Both the position numbers and the translations under genes were made by a program. A DNA stretch of 64,000 nt from an uncultured bacterium. Its GTDB lineage: Bacteria; Omnitrophota; Omnitrophia; Omnitrophales; Aquincolibacteriaceae. The stretch is from positions 85,861 to 149,860 of the forward strand of contig CAYPIR010000001.1 of NCBI GenBank assembly GCA_964410905.1. Reading direction: 5' to 3'. A model generated the notes under the pieces. The model saw only the letters and a list, made by a program, of their open reading frames with translations. It was not told the DNA's origin and made no database searches. Positions 41,763 to 50,876 of the stretch are shown piece after piece; within the stretch, counting starts at the first letter, position 1; each line of letters starts with the position of its first letter.

Positions 41763-43028
41763 CTAAACAACTGTACCTGACGGAATATGCACACCCTTGG
41801 GGATAATCACAATACCGTCTCTAATGCAATAATTTTCACCGTCTTTTTCCATTATCCCTTTAGGATTAGTAATAGACACCCCATCCCCGATTGAAACATT
41901 TTTATCAATAATACATTTTTCGATGACACAATTTTTACCAATGCCGACACGATGCTGATGAGAATTGTCGGGCCATTCATAAAAATCGTTCCCCATCAAA
42001 ACACTTTTACGAATAATTGTCCCCTGCCCGACTATGGAACGCAATCCGACAACGGAGTGTTCAATTTTTGAACCGCTCAAAACGCATCCTTCAGACATCA
42101 TTACATGATCAAGTTGTGCATTGTTAATTCGTGAAGGCGGCAAAAATCGAGGCCTTGTAAACACGCGTCCGTCCGGCGACATAAAACTAAATGGAGGCGC
42201 GGAATGCGTCATCTCGATATTGGCTTCATAAAAACTTCCAATAGTTCCAATGTCACGCCAATATCCCGTAAACACGTGTCCATAAACATTATATTTTTGA
42301 ATCGCTTTTGGAATAATTTCTTTACCAAAATCTTTTTCTTTTCCCGACAACAAATCCAGCAGTGCGTCGCGGTTAAAAATGTAAATTCCCATCGACGCAA
42401 GATACATATCGCTTTTTGTCGCTTTGACTCGATAAAGATCGCACAAAGGCTTGGGCATCGCGTAAGACGCGATTGATTCATCTTTAGACGGCTTTTCCAT
42501 AAAATCTGTGATTTTTCCGTCTTTCTGAAGTTTCATAATCCCAAAACCATGCACATATCGCTCTGGCACGGGCACCGTGGCAACTGTTACATCCGCCCGC
42601 TGCATCTCGTGAAATCCCAAAACCTCCCTGTAATTCATTCTGTAAAGGTGATCGCCTGAAAGAATCAAAAACACGTCTGTTGACGATGTGTGATAATGCG
42701 GAAGACATTTGCGAACGGCATCTGCTGTGCCCTGAAACCAATCCGTGTTTTCCGCCGTCTGTTCAGCCGCTAAAAGTTCCACGCTTGTTCGCGTAAACGA
42801 TTCATAAGGATATGTTCTGTGTATGTGCCGGTGAAGAGACGCGGAGTTAAATTGCGTCAAAACAAAAATATCGCGAAGCGAGGAATTGATGGCGTTTGAA
42901 ATGGGAATATCCACGAGGCGATATTTGCCGGCGATCGGCACCGCCGGTTTTGAGCGATAACTTGTAAGCGGAAAAAGCCTTTTGCCTTGTCCTCCGCCAA
43001 GAATCAGTGTCGTAACGCGGCGTTTCAT
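41763..43028 (-). CDS. glgC: Glucose-1-phosphate adenylyltransferase
   Basis: LILGGGQGKRLFPLT...PAVPIAGKYRLVDIPISN, C-terminal LbH domain. Confidence 0.9.
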   Translation of the reverse strand: MKRRVTTLILGGGQGKRLFPLTSYRSKPAVPIAGKYRLVDIPISNAINSSLRDIFVLTQFNSASLHRHIHRTYPYESFTRTSVELLAAEQTAENTDWFQGTADAVRKCLPHYHTSSTDVFLILSGDHLYRMNYREVLGFHEMQRADVTVATVPVPERYVHGFGIMKLQKDGKITDFMEKPSKDESIASYAMPKPLCDLYRVKATKSDMYLASMGIYIFNRDALLDLLSGKEKDFGKEIIPKAIQKYNVYGHVFTGYWRDIGTIGSFYEANIEMTHSAPPFSFMSPDGRVFTRPRFLPPSRINNAQLDHVMMSEGCVLSGSKIEHSVVGLRSIVGQGTIIRKSVLMGNDFYEWPDNSHQHRVGIGKNCVIEKCIIDKNVSIGDGVSITNPKGIMEKDGENYCIRDGIVIIPKGVHIPSGTVV

Positions 43029-43324
43029 ATTAGTTTATCTCCAGAATGGTTGTAGTGTTTCCAAAAGACGTTGCGAAACGTATCGTTTTCTTCCATTAAA
43101 ATAAAAAGCCGTCTGCGAAGCTCTCTAACAATATTTTCTCGCGTTGCATGTCTTTCTCCATTAACAAACAAATCTATTTTTTTTATGTATCCGTCAATGA
43201 CTTCCTGATTCTTTCGTATTTGAGTCTTAATAATGCGCGTTTCTTCTTTAGTCAGTTCCACACGCGCGGAATCAAGCTCTTTAGTTTCTTCTGTGGGAAG
43301 GTCATGGCCCATATGTAAAATCAT
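43025..43324 (-). CDS. Hypothetical 99-aa protein, 4-nt start/stop overlap with glgC
   Basis: ORF only; predicted helical, no motif recognised. Confidence 0.4.
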   Translation of the reverse strand: MILHMGHDLPTEETKELDSARVELTKEETRIIKTQIRKNQEVIDGYIKKIDLFVNGERHATRENIVRELRRRLFILMEENDTFRNVFWKHYNHSGDKLI

Positions 43325-43546
43325 AAATCCTCTTTATGCGAATATAGTTAAAAGACTTCTTTAAGAACGGCTATTTAAATCACCTTATTGAGCTTTTATT
43401 GCTTGTTGTTAACCACTTGAATTCCGCTTCGATGTCCAATTGCGCATGTCAACTAATTCATAGACAGATTTTGATACTCAGTCTTCCTGCGCGTGTTTTT
43501 CAACGTCGCAAGATCTAATCGTTGCGCAGGATGATAAAGAAACCGT

Positions 43547-44644
43547 CTATAAAATTTCCTGCAAAATTTCACTCTTGTCTTCAACGTCTTTTAAAAGCGG
43601 CTGAAGAGCCGCGCTCGCGACAGGTCTTGGACGCGTGAGTTCCATCAAAGGTTTTTGCAAATCCGCGTCAATTTCACCGAATCCATCAGGATAAATAGGC
43701 ACATCAACCTGCGCGGAGCTTTCCTCCAAAAGTTCCTTTGCCTTCCCTTCCAAAACCTTAGCCAACGAGTAAGCCTCTTTAAATTTATTTCGCGAAATCA
43801 AATCCAATAGATTTTGATATTCTCTCCCCAAGCTCGCCTCTTTATTTTTATAATTCTGTTCCGCCAGCACTTGATTTAACGCGCTAACTTTTGAAAGAGT
43901 ATCGTTTATAAACGGCTTAAGCATTGTCAGCGCCACGGCGCGATGTTTTTCAATATCCTTAGAATAAAGTGGAAACGCAAGCGACTCAACCATTGCATTA
44001 CGCGCAAGCAAAAAATCTCCGCGCAGAAACGCTTCCCCGCCGGATAAATATTTATCCCTAAAAAGCTCTTCTAATTTTTTTCGATAACTTTTTGAAAATT
44101 GAATTTTATAAAATGTTTCTTGGTCTGCTATGAACTTTTGATATTGGCGATCAGTCCAAATCGGAGACGGCAAATTAACATTCCATCCCGTTTTAAAATC
44201 TACCGTTTTATTTAATATCGTTTTGTCTTCATCTGTCGGGCGTTCAACTTTGGTAAATTCAGCCGAATGTTCCGGGGCTTCAACGGCAGAAATGTTTTCT
44301 CCAGGCACGACGGGCAACTTTGTTTCATTAGGAAAATCAATAGCGGAAGAAGAAATAAAAAAATTATTCTGACTATTAGAAAAAAATTTAGACCAGACAA
44401 AAAAACCGGCTCCTAAAATAAATAAAACAACCGCCGCATAAAAAATGATTTTCAAAAACACCCTTGAGGATTTTGGTAAAAGATTCTTTTGCTTCGTCGA
44501 ATTTTGAGGGGTTTTCAACGCTTCTTTTGCTGTATCAGCGCGCTCAACGGAGGTAGTCCAAAAACATGACGGACATTCTTTTACCGCAGCGACATCGCTC
44601 TCAAATTTATGACCACAATGGGAACACAAAAATTTATAAATCAT
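43547..44644 (-). CDS. Hypothetical zinc-ribbon (CxxC...CxxC) / single-TM / large extracytoplasmic-domain protein
   Basis: FLCSHCGHKF...CPSCFW, TM IIFYAAVVLFILGAGFFVW. Confidence 0.5.
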   Translation of the reverse strand: MIYKFLCSHCGHKFESDVAAVKECPSCFWTTSVERADTAKEALKTPQNSTKQKNLLPKSSRVFLKIIFYAAVVLFILGAGFFVWSKFFSNSQNNFFISSSAIDFPNETKLPVVPGENISAVEAPEHSAEFTKVERPTDEDKTILNKTVDFKTGWNVNLPSPIWTDRQYQKFIADQETFYKIQFSKSYRKKLEELFRDKYLSGGEAFLRGDFLLARNAMVESLAFPLYSKDIEKHRAVALTMLKPFINDTLSKVSALNQVLAEQNYKNKEASLGREYQNLLDLISRNKFKEAYSLAKVLEGKAKELLEESSAQVDVPIYPDGFGEIDADLQKPLMELTRPRPVASAALQPLLKDVEDKSEILQEIL

Positions 44645-44724
44645 AAATTCACAATATCCTTCTCATTTGTTTTTTAAATCTGTTCACGGAATTATTGACT
44701 TTTACAGGAACAGCGTAGCAAACA

Positions 44725-46875
44725 CTACAAGGCGTTTATTGCTGCAAGTTTAGCGACAAATGGAGGAATTTCATCCGGAGGAACGGGTTTGCTATAAAAA
44801 TAACCTTGAATCGTGTCGCAGCCTTGTTCTTTTAAAAGATCAACCTGCTCTTTTGTTTCCGCGCCTTCAGCAAGCACTTCCATTTTTAAACTATGCCCCA
44901 TAGAAATAATCGCTTGTGTGATTGCCATTTCTTCCGAACCTATAGTAATGTCTTTTATAAATGAACGGTCAATTTTAAGAGTGTCAACGGGAAATGTTTT
45001 AAGATACATAAACGAGGAATAACCCGTTCCGAAATCATCAATGGAAAGATGCACGCCCAACTGTTTTAGTTTAAGAAGCGTATCGAGAGCTTTGTTCTGC
45101 TCGTCCATGATTGAGCTTTCCGTGAGTTCTAAATCCAGATTTGACGGTGCTATTTTGTTTTCACGAAGTGCGCTATTTACAAGATCAATAATATCAACCG
45201 CGCGAAACTGTTTGGCAGAAACATTCACCGCCACGCGCATGTGAGAAAGTCCTTGCGAATCCCAAATGCGTTTTTGCTTGCAAGCAGTCTTCAAAACCCA
45301 TTCACCAATAGGTTGAATAAGCCCTGTTTCTTCCGCCAAAGGAATAAATTCCATAGGCGACACAAAGCCCAAGTCCGGGTGCTGCCAGCGGATAAGCGCC
45401 TCAACTCCCAAAACCCGTCCCGATTTAAGAGCCACTTGTGGCTGATAAAAAAGCCTAAACTCATCGCGTTCAATAGCCCGGCGCATCGCGTTTTCAAGAA
45501 CAAGTTTTTCAAAACTGTTATTTGTAGTAAACGAAGAATACGACTCAGCGCGGCCTTTGCCTTTTTCTTTTGCCGTGGTAAGCGCTGTATCCGCGTTTTT
45601 TATCAGCGTAGAGCTTGTTTTCCCGTCCTTGGGAAAAATAGAAATACCAATGCTGCAGGTCGTGAAAAGTTCGTGTTCATTGACAATAAACGGTGATTTA
45701 AAAGTCTCTAAAATCCTGCTGGCGACAACTTGCGCGTGCTCTTCTTTCGCGAGTCTCGATAAAATTATTAAAAAATTTCCGCCGCTGACTCTTGTTATCG
45801 TGTCCGAATCATATATTGTTTTAAGAAGCCGAATAGCCACGGCTTTAATCAGTTCATCTCCGACAGAGTGTCCAAGCGTGTCATTAATTCTCTTAAAAGA
45901 ATCAAGGTCAACGGCGAGAACCGCGCCCGACTCTTTCCGCCTTTCAACTTGCACTATCGACTGCTCCAATCTATCAGAAAAAAGTTCGCGATTCGGCAGC
46001 TGCGTCAACGCGTCGTAATAGAGAAGTCTGTTAAACCGTTCTTTCTCCTGAATGCGTTCAGTAACATCGGAAATGACTCCATCCATTCTGATACATTCAC
46101 CTTCGCTGTTGTGAATCGGACGTCCTTGATCGTGGACCCAGCGAAATTCTCCGTTAACATGTCTGATTCTGTAATCAACGCTGAACGCTTCGCCGGAATT
46201 GATCGCCTTATCGAAAGCTTCTTGAAAAAAAGACAAATCTTGAGGAAGCACGAGCTTAGAAAATTTGGAAACCTCATCGCCGATAAAATTATTTGCAGGG
46301 ATACCCGTAATATCCCCCATGGTGTCGCTTACGTAGTCAACCTTCCACACACCATTTTCCCCACTAACATATTGATATACAGCGCCGGGAATATTGGCCA
46401 CCAAACTGCTAAATCGTTCTTCTCTATCGCGGATAATTCTTTGAGAGGATTCCGTCTCAACAGAGCGATGTTTCAGCTCCATCCGAGTGCGATGTCGGCT
46501 AATGGCATATAAAATACTTCTCACAAGCATTTGCTTGTCAAATGTCCCGCGCTTTAAACAGTCCTGCGCACCGCCGTCAATCGCCTGTATTTCAATGTCA
46601 TCGTCCTCATCTTCCGTTAAAAGAATTATCGGGGTATCGGGAAATGATTTATGAAGCGTTTTGAATCCTTCAAGCCCGTTATTTTCCGCGAGTTTTAAAT
46701 CCAAAAGGACAAGGTTAATTCCGCCTTTTTCAAGACATTCTGACGCGGATTGGAGATATTTTGCTCGAATAAGTTCAAAGGCGGGATTTTGATTTTTTGA
46801 AAGCCATGTATCTAAGAGACTGAAATAATCGGGATCGTTTTCGGCGATCAAAATTTTGATACTGTCTTGCGACAT
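44725..46875 (-). CDS. Response regulator with REC-PAS-GGDEF(degenerate)-EAL domains; predicted c-di-GMP phosphodiesterase
   Basis: REC: ILIAENDP...LLDLKL; GGDEF site reads RVSGGNF; EAL: EALIRW, ELTES, DDFGTGYSS. Confidence 0.85.
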   Translation of the reverse strand: MSQDSIKILIAENDPDYFSLLDTWLSKNQNPAFELIRAKYLQSASECLEKGGINLVLLDLKLAENNGLEGFKTLHKSFPDTPIILLTEDEDDDIEIQAIDGGAQDCLKRGTFDKQMLVRSILYAISRHRTRMELKHRSVETESSQRIIRDREERFSSLVANIPGAVYQYVSGENGVWKVDYVSDTMGDITGIPANNFIGDEVSKFSKLVLPQDLSFFQEAFDKAINSGEAFSVDYRIRHVNGEFRWVHDQGRPIHNSEGECIRMDGVISDVTERIQEKERFNRLLYYDALTQLPNRELFSDRLEQSIVQVERRKESGAVLAVDLDSFKRINDTLGHSVGDELIKAVAIRLLKTIYDSDTITRVSGGNFLIILSRLAKEEHAQVVASRILETFKSPFIVNEHELFTTCSIGISIFPKDGKTSSTLIKNADTALTTAKEKGKGRAESYSSFTTNNSFEKLVLENAMRRAIERDEFRLFYQPQVALKSGRVLGVEALIRWQHPDLGFVSPMEFIPLAEETGLIQPIGEWVLKTACKQKRIWDSQGLSHMRVAVNVSAKQFRAVDIIDLVNSALRENKIAPSNLDLELTESSIMDEQNKALDTLLKLKQLGVHLSIDDFGTGYSSFMYLKTFPVDTLKIDRSFIKDITIGSEEMAITQAIISMGHSLKMEVLAEGAETKEQVDLLKEQGCDTIQGYFYSKPVPPDEIPPFVAKLAAINAL

Positions 46876-47105
46876 AAGACTACATCTCCACGGTTAGCTT
46901 TTAACAAAAGTTTTGTGATTTTAGCACGCAATTTTATATTTTCAATTGAAGAAAACAGCAAAGTTGAAGAAAGACCGCATCATTACGCGCCAAGCGCCTT
47001 GTCTTGTCATACTGCACGAAACGTAGTGAAGTTGCAGTATCTATACCTTTTTATATTAATTATTAATATATCATAAAATATTTAATTTGTTCGCATATCT
47101 GTTTT

Positions 47106-47161
47106 AAAACAAAACGGCGGGAAGAAGCGTAATTTATTCACTTCTTCCAGCCGTTTTAATT
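47106..47161 (-). terminator. Rho-independent terminator downstream of the pilin gene (about 15-bp stem CGGCGGGAAGAAG/CTTCTTCCAGCCG, A/T flanks)
   Basis: Read directly. Confidence 0.7.
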
Positions 47162-47188
47162 ACAAACTAACTTCAAACCAACTAAAAA

Positions 47189-47662
47189 TTACGCCGAGCA
47201 ACCTCGGTTGTTTTTCTCACTTGTTACTATAGGTACATAACCATTTTCGCAGTTGAAACTGCTAACGTTATCACCAGAATAATAAAGTTCTATATATGCG
47301 CTTGCATATGTGCCAGTAGCGTTCGCTCTAGCAGCCTTACACTTAGAAGTATCGCATGTATAGTCAAAAGAGCCGGTTCCTTTTGCTGGCGGAGTAACTC
47401 CTATTTTCTTCCATTCGGCGTCAACACAAGCCGCACTATATCCGCATTTGGTACTCCAATTCACTCCAGAGGTTGACCCAGACATATCCATCCACTGTTG
47501 TTGCCCTCGACTAAGAGCGCCAAGCATTTGTTGCGCTTCAGCGATAACCGCGCGTTCTGTTTGTCCGGTCATACGCGGTAGAATCAAAGACGCTAAAACC
47601 GCGATAATGACGACAACAATCAAAACTTCTATAAGGGTAAAACCTTTTTGATTTTGTTTCAT
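47189..47662 (-). CDS. Type IV pilin / pseudopilin (class III signal peptide)
   Basis: QKG|FTLIEVLIVVVIIAVLA prepilin cleavage/methylation motif; six Cys in C-terminal domain. Confidence 0.85.
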   Translation of the reverse strand: MKQNQKGFTLIEVLIVVVIIAVLASLILPRMTGQTERAVIAEAQQMLGALSRGQQQWMDMSGSTSGVNWSTKCGYSAACVDAEWKKIGVTPPAKGTGSFDYTCDTSKCKAARANATGTYASAYIELYYSGDNVSSFNCENGYVPIVTSEKNNRGCSA

Positions 47663-47697
47663 TGTTATTCTCCTTGTTGTTATTCAATAAAAATACT

Positions 47698-47752
47698 AAA
47701 AAAACAATGGATTTTGCAACGTGGAACATGCAAAACGACTAGCCATTCTTTT
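47698..47752. other. A-run/T-run-flanked hairpin (CAATGG...CCATT) between pilC and pilin; possible attenuator/terminator; only loosely related to the E1-E3 family
   Basis: AAAAAAACAATGG-attttgcaacgtggaacatgcaaaacgactag-CCATTCTTTT. Confidence 0.35.
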
Positions 47753-47762
47753 GGATCCAGCG

Positions 47763-49079
47763 CTACATCGCAGACATACCAGAGCCGGTGGACAACATAA
47801 TTATCGGCATAAACATTGAAATCACTACAATGCCAATTACGCCTCCCATAAAAATAAGCAAAAAAGGTTCGAGTAAAGAAGTTAAACGGGCTAAAAATGT
47901 ATCGACTTGTTCCTCATAATAATTAGCCAAAATATCTAAAAATAATTCCATTTGCCCCGACTCCTCTCCGATCGACAAAAACTGCGTCATAAATATCGGA
48001 AAAAGTTGCCGCTGCTCCAATTGTCTGCCGAGACTCGCGCCGCCTGACACTGCAGTGGCAGCATCTTTTAAACTGTTTTCAAGATAACTATTGTTTAAAA
48101 GCCTGCCGCTTATCTCAAGGGACTTTAAAAGTTGAACTCCTGAATGAAGCAATGTTTTTAGCGAGCGACAAAATCTAACCGCAGCAACTTGCATTGTCAG
48201 CTCGCCAAAAATCGGCATTTTGAGAAGCATTTGATCAATCTTTAGTTTGATAGCAGGAAGTCTTGCCGCGTAAAAAATCCCGGCGATTAGAATACCCAAA
48301 ACCGTTAAAACCGTCGGAGCATGAAATCTTAGCGCGTCGCTCGTGGCAACAACAATTTTTGTAAGTGTCGGCAATTCAAGTTTTTGCGCTGAGAAAATCG
48401 CCTGAAATTTTGGAACAATAAAAACCAGCAAAAACCCCAATGCCGCGGTTACCGCCACAGTCAAAATTGTTGGATAGAAAAACGCCGTGGTAACTTTGGC
48501 TTTTATGCGCGCCGCCGAACCCATATAGTTCGCGATTTCGTCCAAACATTCAGGCAATTTTCCCGTCGACTCACCAACCTCGACAAGGTTCACCCAAATG
48601 CGCGGAAACACATTGCCTTCGAGGCGCAGCGCTTGATGAAACGATGTCCCCTGCATAATTTTGTCTTTAAGGGATGTCAAAGAGGCTTTGAATATGGGAT
48701 TGATAAGTCCGCGATTGACAACATCCATTGCCCGCATGAGAGGCACGCCGGCTTTTAAAAGCGTTCCAAGCTGCACGGCAAAAAATATCAGTTCACGGTT
48801 TGAGACTTTTTCCCACGGCATTTTAATTTTGGTGGCGTTTTTTTTCTCAAACGCATCTTTAGCTTTGCCGGGAGATTTTAATGACATTTTAAATATTGAA
48901 CTTACGCCCGAACTCGCTTGCCCCGGAGCTCCCCGCTCGGCAATATTTATGACCATGTAGCCTTTGTCGGAAAGTTTGTGAATAGCCTCTTCTTTATCAG
49001 TTGCTTGGATGTCTACTTCAAGCGCTTTTGACGGATCAGCGCGCAATCTAACTTGCGCTTTGAAATCTTTTTCATTCAT
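47763..49079 (-). CDS. pilC: Type IV pilus / T2SS platform protein (PilC/GspF)
   Basis: 438 aa, two T2SF domains, 3 TM. Confidence 0.9.
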   Translation of the reverse strand: MNEKDFKAQVRLRADPSKALEVDIQATDKEEAIHKLSDKGYMVINIAERGAPGQASSGVSSIFKMSLKSPGKAKDAFEKKNATKIKMPWEKVSNRELIFFAVQLGTLLKAGVPLMRAMDVVNRGLINPIFKASLTSLKDKIMQGTSFHQALRLEGNVFPRIWVNLVEVGESTGKLPECLDEIANYMGSAARIKAKVTTAFFYPTILTVAVTAALGFLLVFIVPKFQAIFSAQKLELPTLTKIVVATSDALRFHAPTVLTVLGILIAGIFYAARLPAIKLKIDQMLLKMPIFGELTMQVAAVRFCRSLKTLLHSGVQLLKSLEISGRLLNNSYLENSLKDAATAVSGGASLGRQLEQRQLFPIFMTQFLSIGEESGQMELFLDILANYYEEQVDTFLARLTSLLEPFLLIFMGGVIGIVVISMFMPIIMLSTGSGMSAM

Positions 49080-50769
49080 ACGCCACGCTCATCACTTCTT
49101 CCAAGGTTGTATGTCCTTGGTTTATTTTCATAAGTCCATTTTGAAAAAGCGATTGAAATCCTTTTCTGCGTTGGTCTTCACGGATTTGTTCAACGTCAGA
49201 ATTTTTTACAATCATTTTGCGAAGTTCATCGTCTATTTCAAGCAATTCATAAATAGCCATTCGTCCCTGATAACCAATGTTTTTACATTTTTCGCAGCCT
49301 TTAGCTCGATAAATTTGAGGAACCGTAATTCCGTATTTTTCTCTGTCTCTCGCGTCAGGTGTGTATGCTTCTTTGCAATCAGGACAAAGAGTCCTAACCA
49401 AACGCTGCGCGACGATAAGCCCTACACTCCCCGCCACAAGATATGGCTCGATTCCAATGTCCACAAGACGAATTACAGCCGTTGCCGCGTCGTTTGTATG
49501 AATTGTAGAAAGCACCATATGTCCCGTAAGAGCGGAACGGATACAAATTTCGGCGGTTTCCAAATCTCTGATTTCGCCGACCAAAATCACATCCGGGTCT
49601 TGACGTAAAAACGCCCGAAGACCCGCGGCAAACGTCATGCCTATTTCAGGTTTTACTTGAACTTGATTTACGCCTTGTATTTGATACTCGACAGGATCTT
49701 CTATTGTTACGATATTTATTTTTGGCGACAAACAGTGATTAAGCGCCGCGTAAAGCGTAGTGCTCTTACCGCTTCCCGTGGGACCTGTTACAAGTATCAA
49801 GCCGTAGGGACGCTCTAAGACCTTTTCAAAAACTTTCTGCTGCTGAACTTCAAACCCAAGCGCTGACAAACTAAGAAGATCCGTGCGTTTGTCAAGAATA
49901 CGCATCACTATCTTTTCGCCGGATGTTACTGGAATTGTCGAAACACGGATATCTACTTTTTTTGCGTGATACTCGAGAGAAAATGCTCCGTCCTGCGGAA
50001 TGCGTTTTTCGGCAATATTCATTTTAGACAAAATTTTGATGCGAGAAACAAGCGCCGCGCACAGCTCTTTCGGCGGTGAAGGAAGTTCATAAAGCACGCC
50101 GTCAATTCGACATCTGACGGAAATTTTATTCTTGAACGGTTCAATGTGAATATCGCTCGCTCTATCATCCAAGGCTTGGCGGATAAGCATATCAACAAGT
50201 CTGACCACAGGACCTTTTTTGGCTTCCGCTACCGCATTTTCCAAATTAACGTCTTCATCTATATCTTCGCCCATTACCATGTCTTGGGTCGCGCGATCCA
50301 CATCCGAAGAAGATACGACTTCTTGAAACCCCGTCGTCCCATAGTACGCATTTATTGCGCGCTGAAGTTCGCTTGTAGGAGACAAAACAACTACAATATC
50401 GAGCCCCGTCATCTTACGAAGATTATCCAGAAAAATAATGTCAGGCACCATTCCCACCGCGATTTTTAATGTCCGGTCTTTTTTCTCAAGCGGAAGAACC
50501 TGATATTTAACAGCAAAATCCGCAGATAATATTTCTTTTAGCCTCTGATCAGATTTGGGAATAAGCTCTTTTTCCGGGACAAACGCAACTCCTAATTGAT
50601 CAGACAAAACGCTATAAAGATTTTCCTCTGTGATGAATCCTTCGCGGACTAAAATGCTTCCTAGCGGCTCCTTAGTTTTTCGCTGTTCAGACAGACAAAG
50701 AGAGAGCTGCTCTTCAGTAATCATTTTTTTTTCTATTAATAACTCGCCCAACAAAACGTTTGACTTCAA
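49072..50769 (-). CDS. pilB: Type IV pilus assembly / T2SS ATPase (PilB/GspE) with N-terminal GSPII_E_N domain
   Basis: Walker A VTGPTGSGKSTT, Asp/His boxes, tetracysteine CPDC...CEKC. Confidence 0.9.
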   Translation of the reverse strand: MKSNVLLGELLIEKKMITEEQLSLCLSEQRKTKEPLGSILVREGFITEENLYSVLSDQLGVAFVPEKELIPKSDQRLKEILSADFAVKYQVLPLEKKDRTLKIAVGMVPDIIFLDNLRKMTGLDIVVVLSPTSELQRAINAYYGTTGFQEVVSSSDVDRATQDMVMGEDIDEDVNLENAVAEAKKGPVVRLVDMLIRQALDDRASDIHIEPFKNKISVRCRIDGVLYELPSPPKELCAALVSRIKILSKMNIAEKRIPQDGAFSLEYHAKKVDIRVSTIPVTSGEKIVMRILDKRTDLLSLSALGFEVQQQKVFEKVLERPYGLILVTGPTGSGKSTTLYAALNHCLSPKINIVTIEDPVEYQIQGVNQVQVKPEIGMTFAAGLRAFLRQDPDVILVGEIRDLETAEICIRSALTGHMVLSTIHTNDAATAVIRLVDIGIEPYLVAGSVGLIVAQRLVRTLCPDCKEAYTPDARDREKYGITVPQIYRAKGCEKCKNIGYQGRMAIYELLEIDDELRKMIVKNSDVEQIREDQRRKGFQSLFQNGLMKINQGHTTLEEVMSVAYE

Positions 50770-50876
50770 ATATTACCTCGTTTGATTGTTGTCAATGCCT
50801 TCTTTTCTGGATTTCTGGCAAACCATTCGGGAAGAACTGATCTCACCATAGACCATGCAAAATAACAAGGTTCGTT

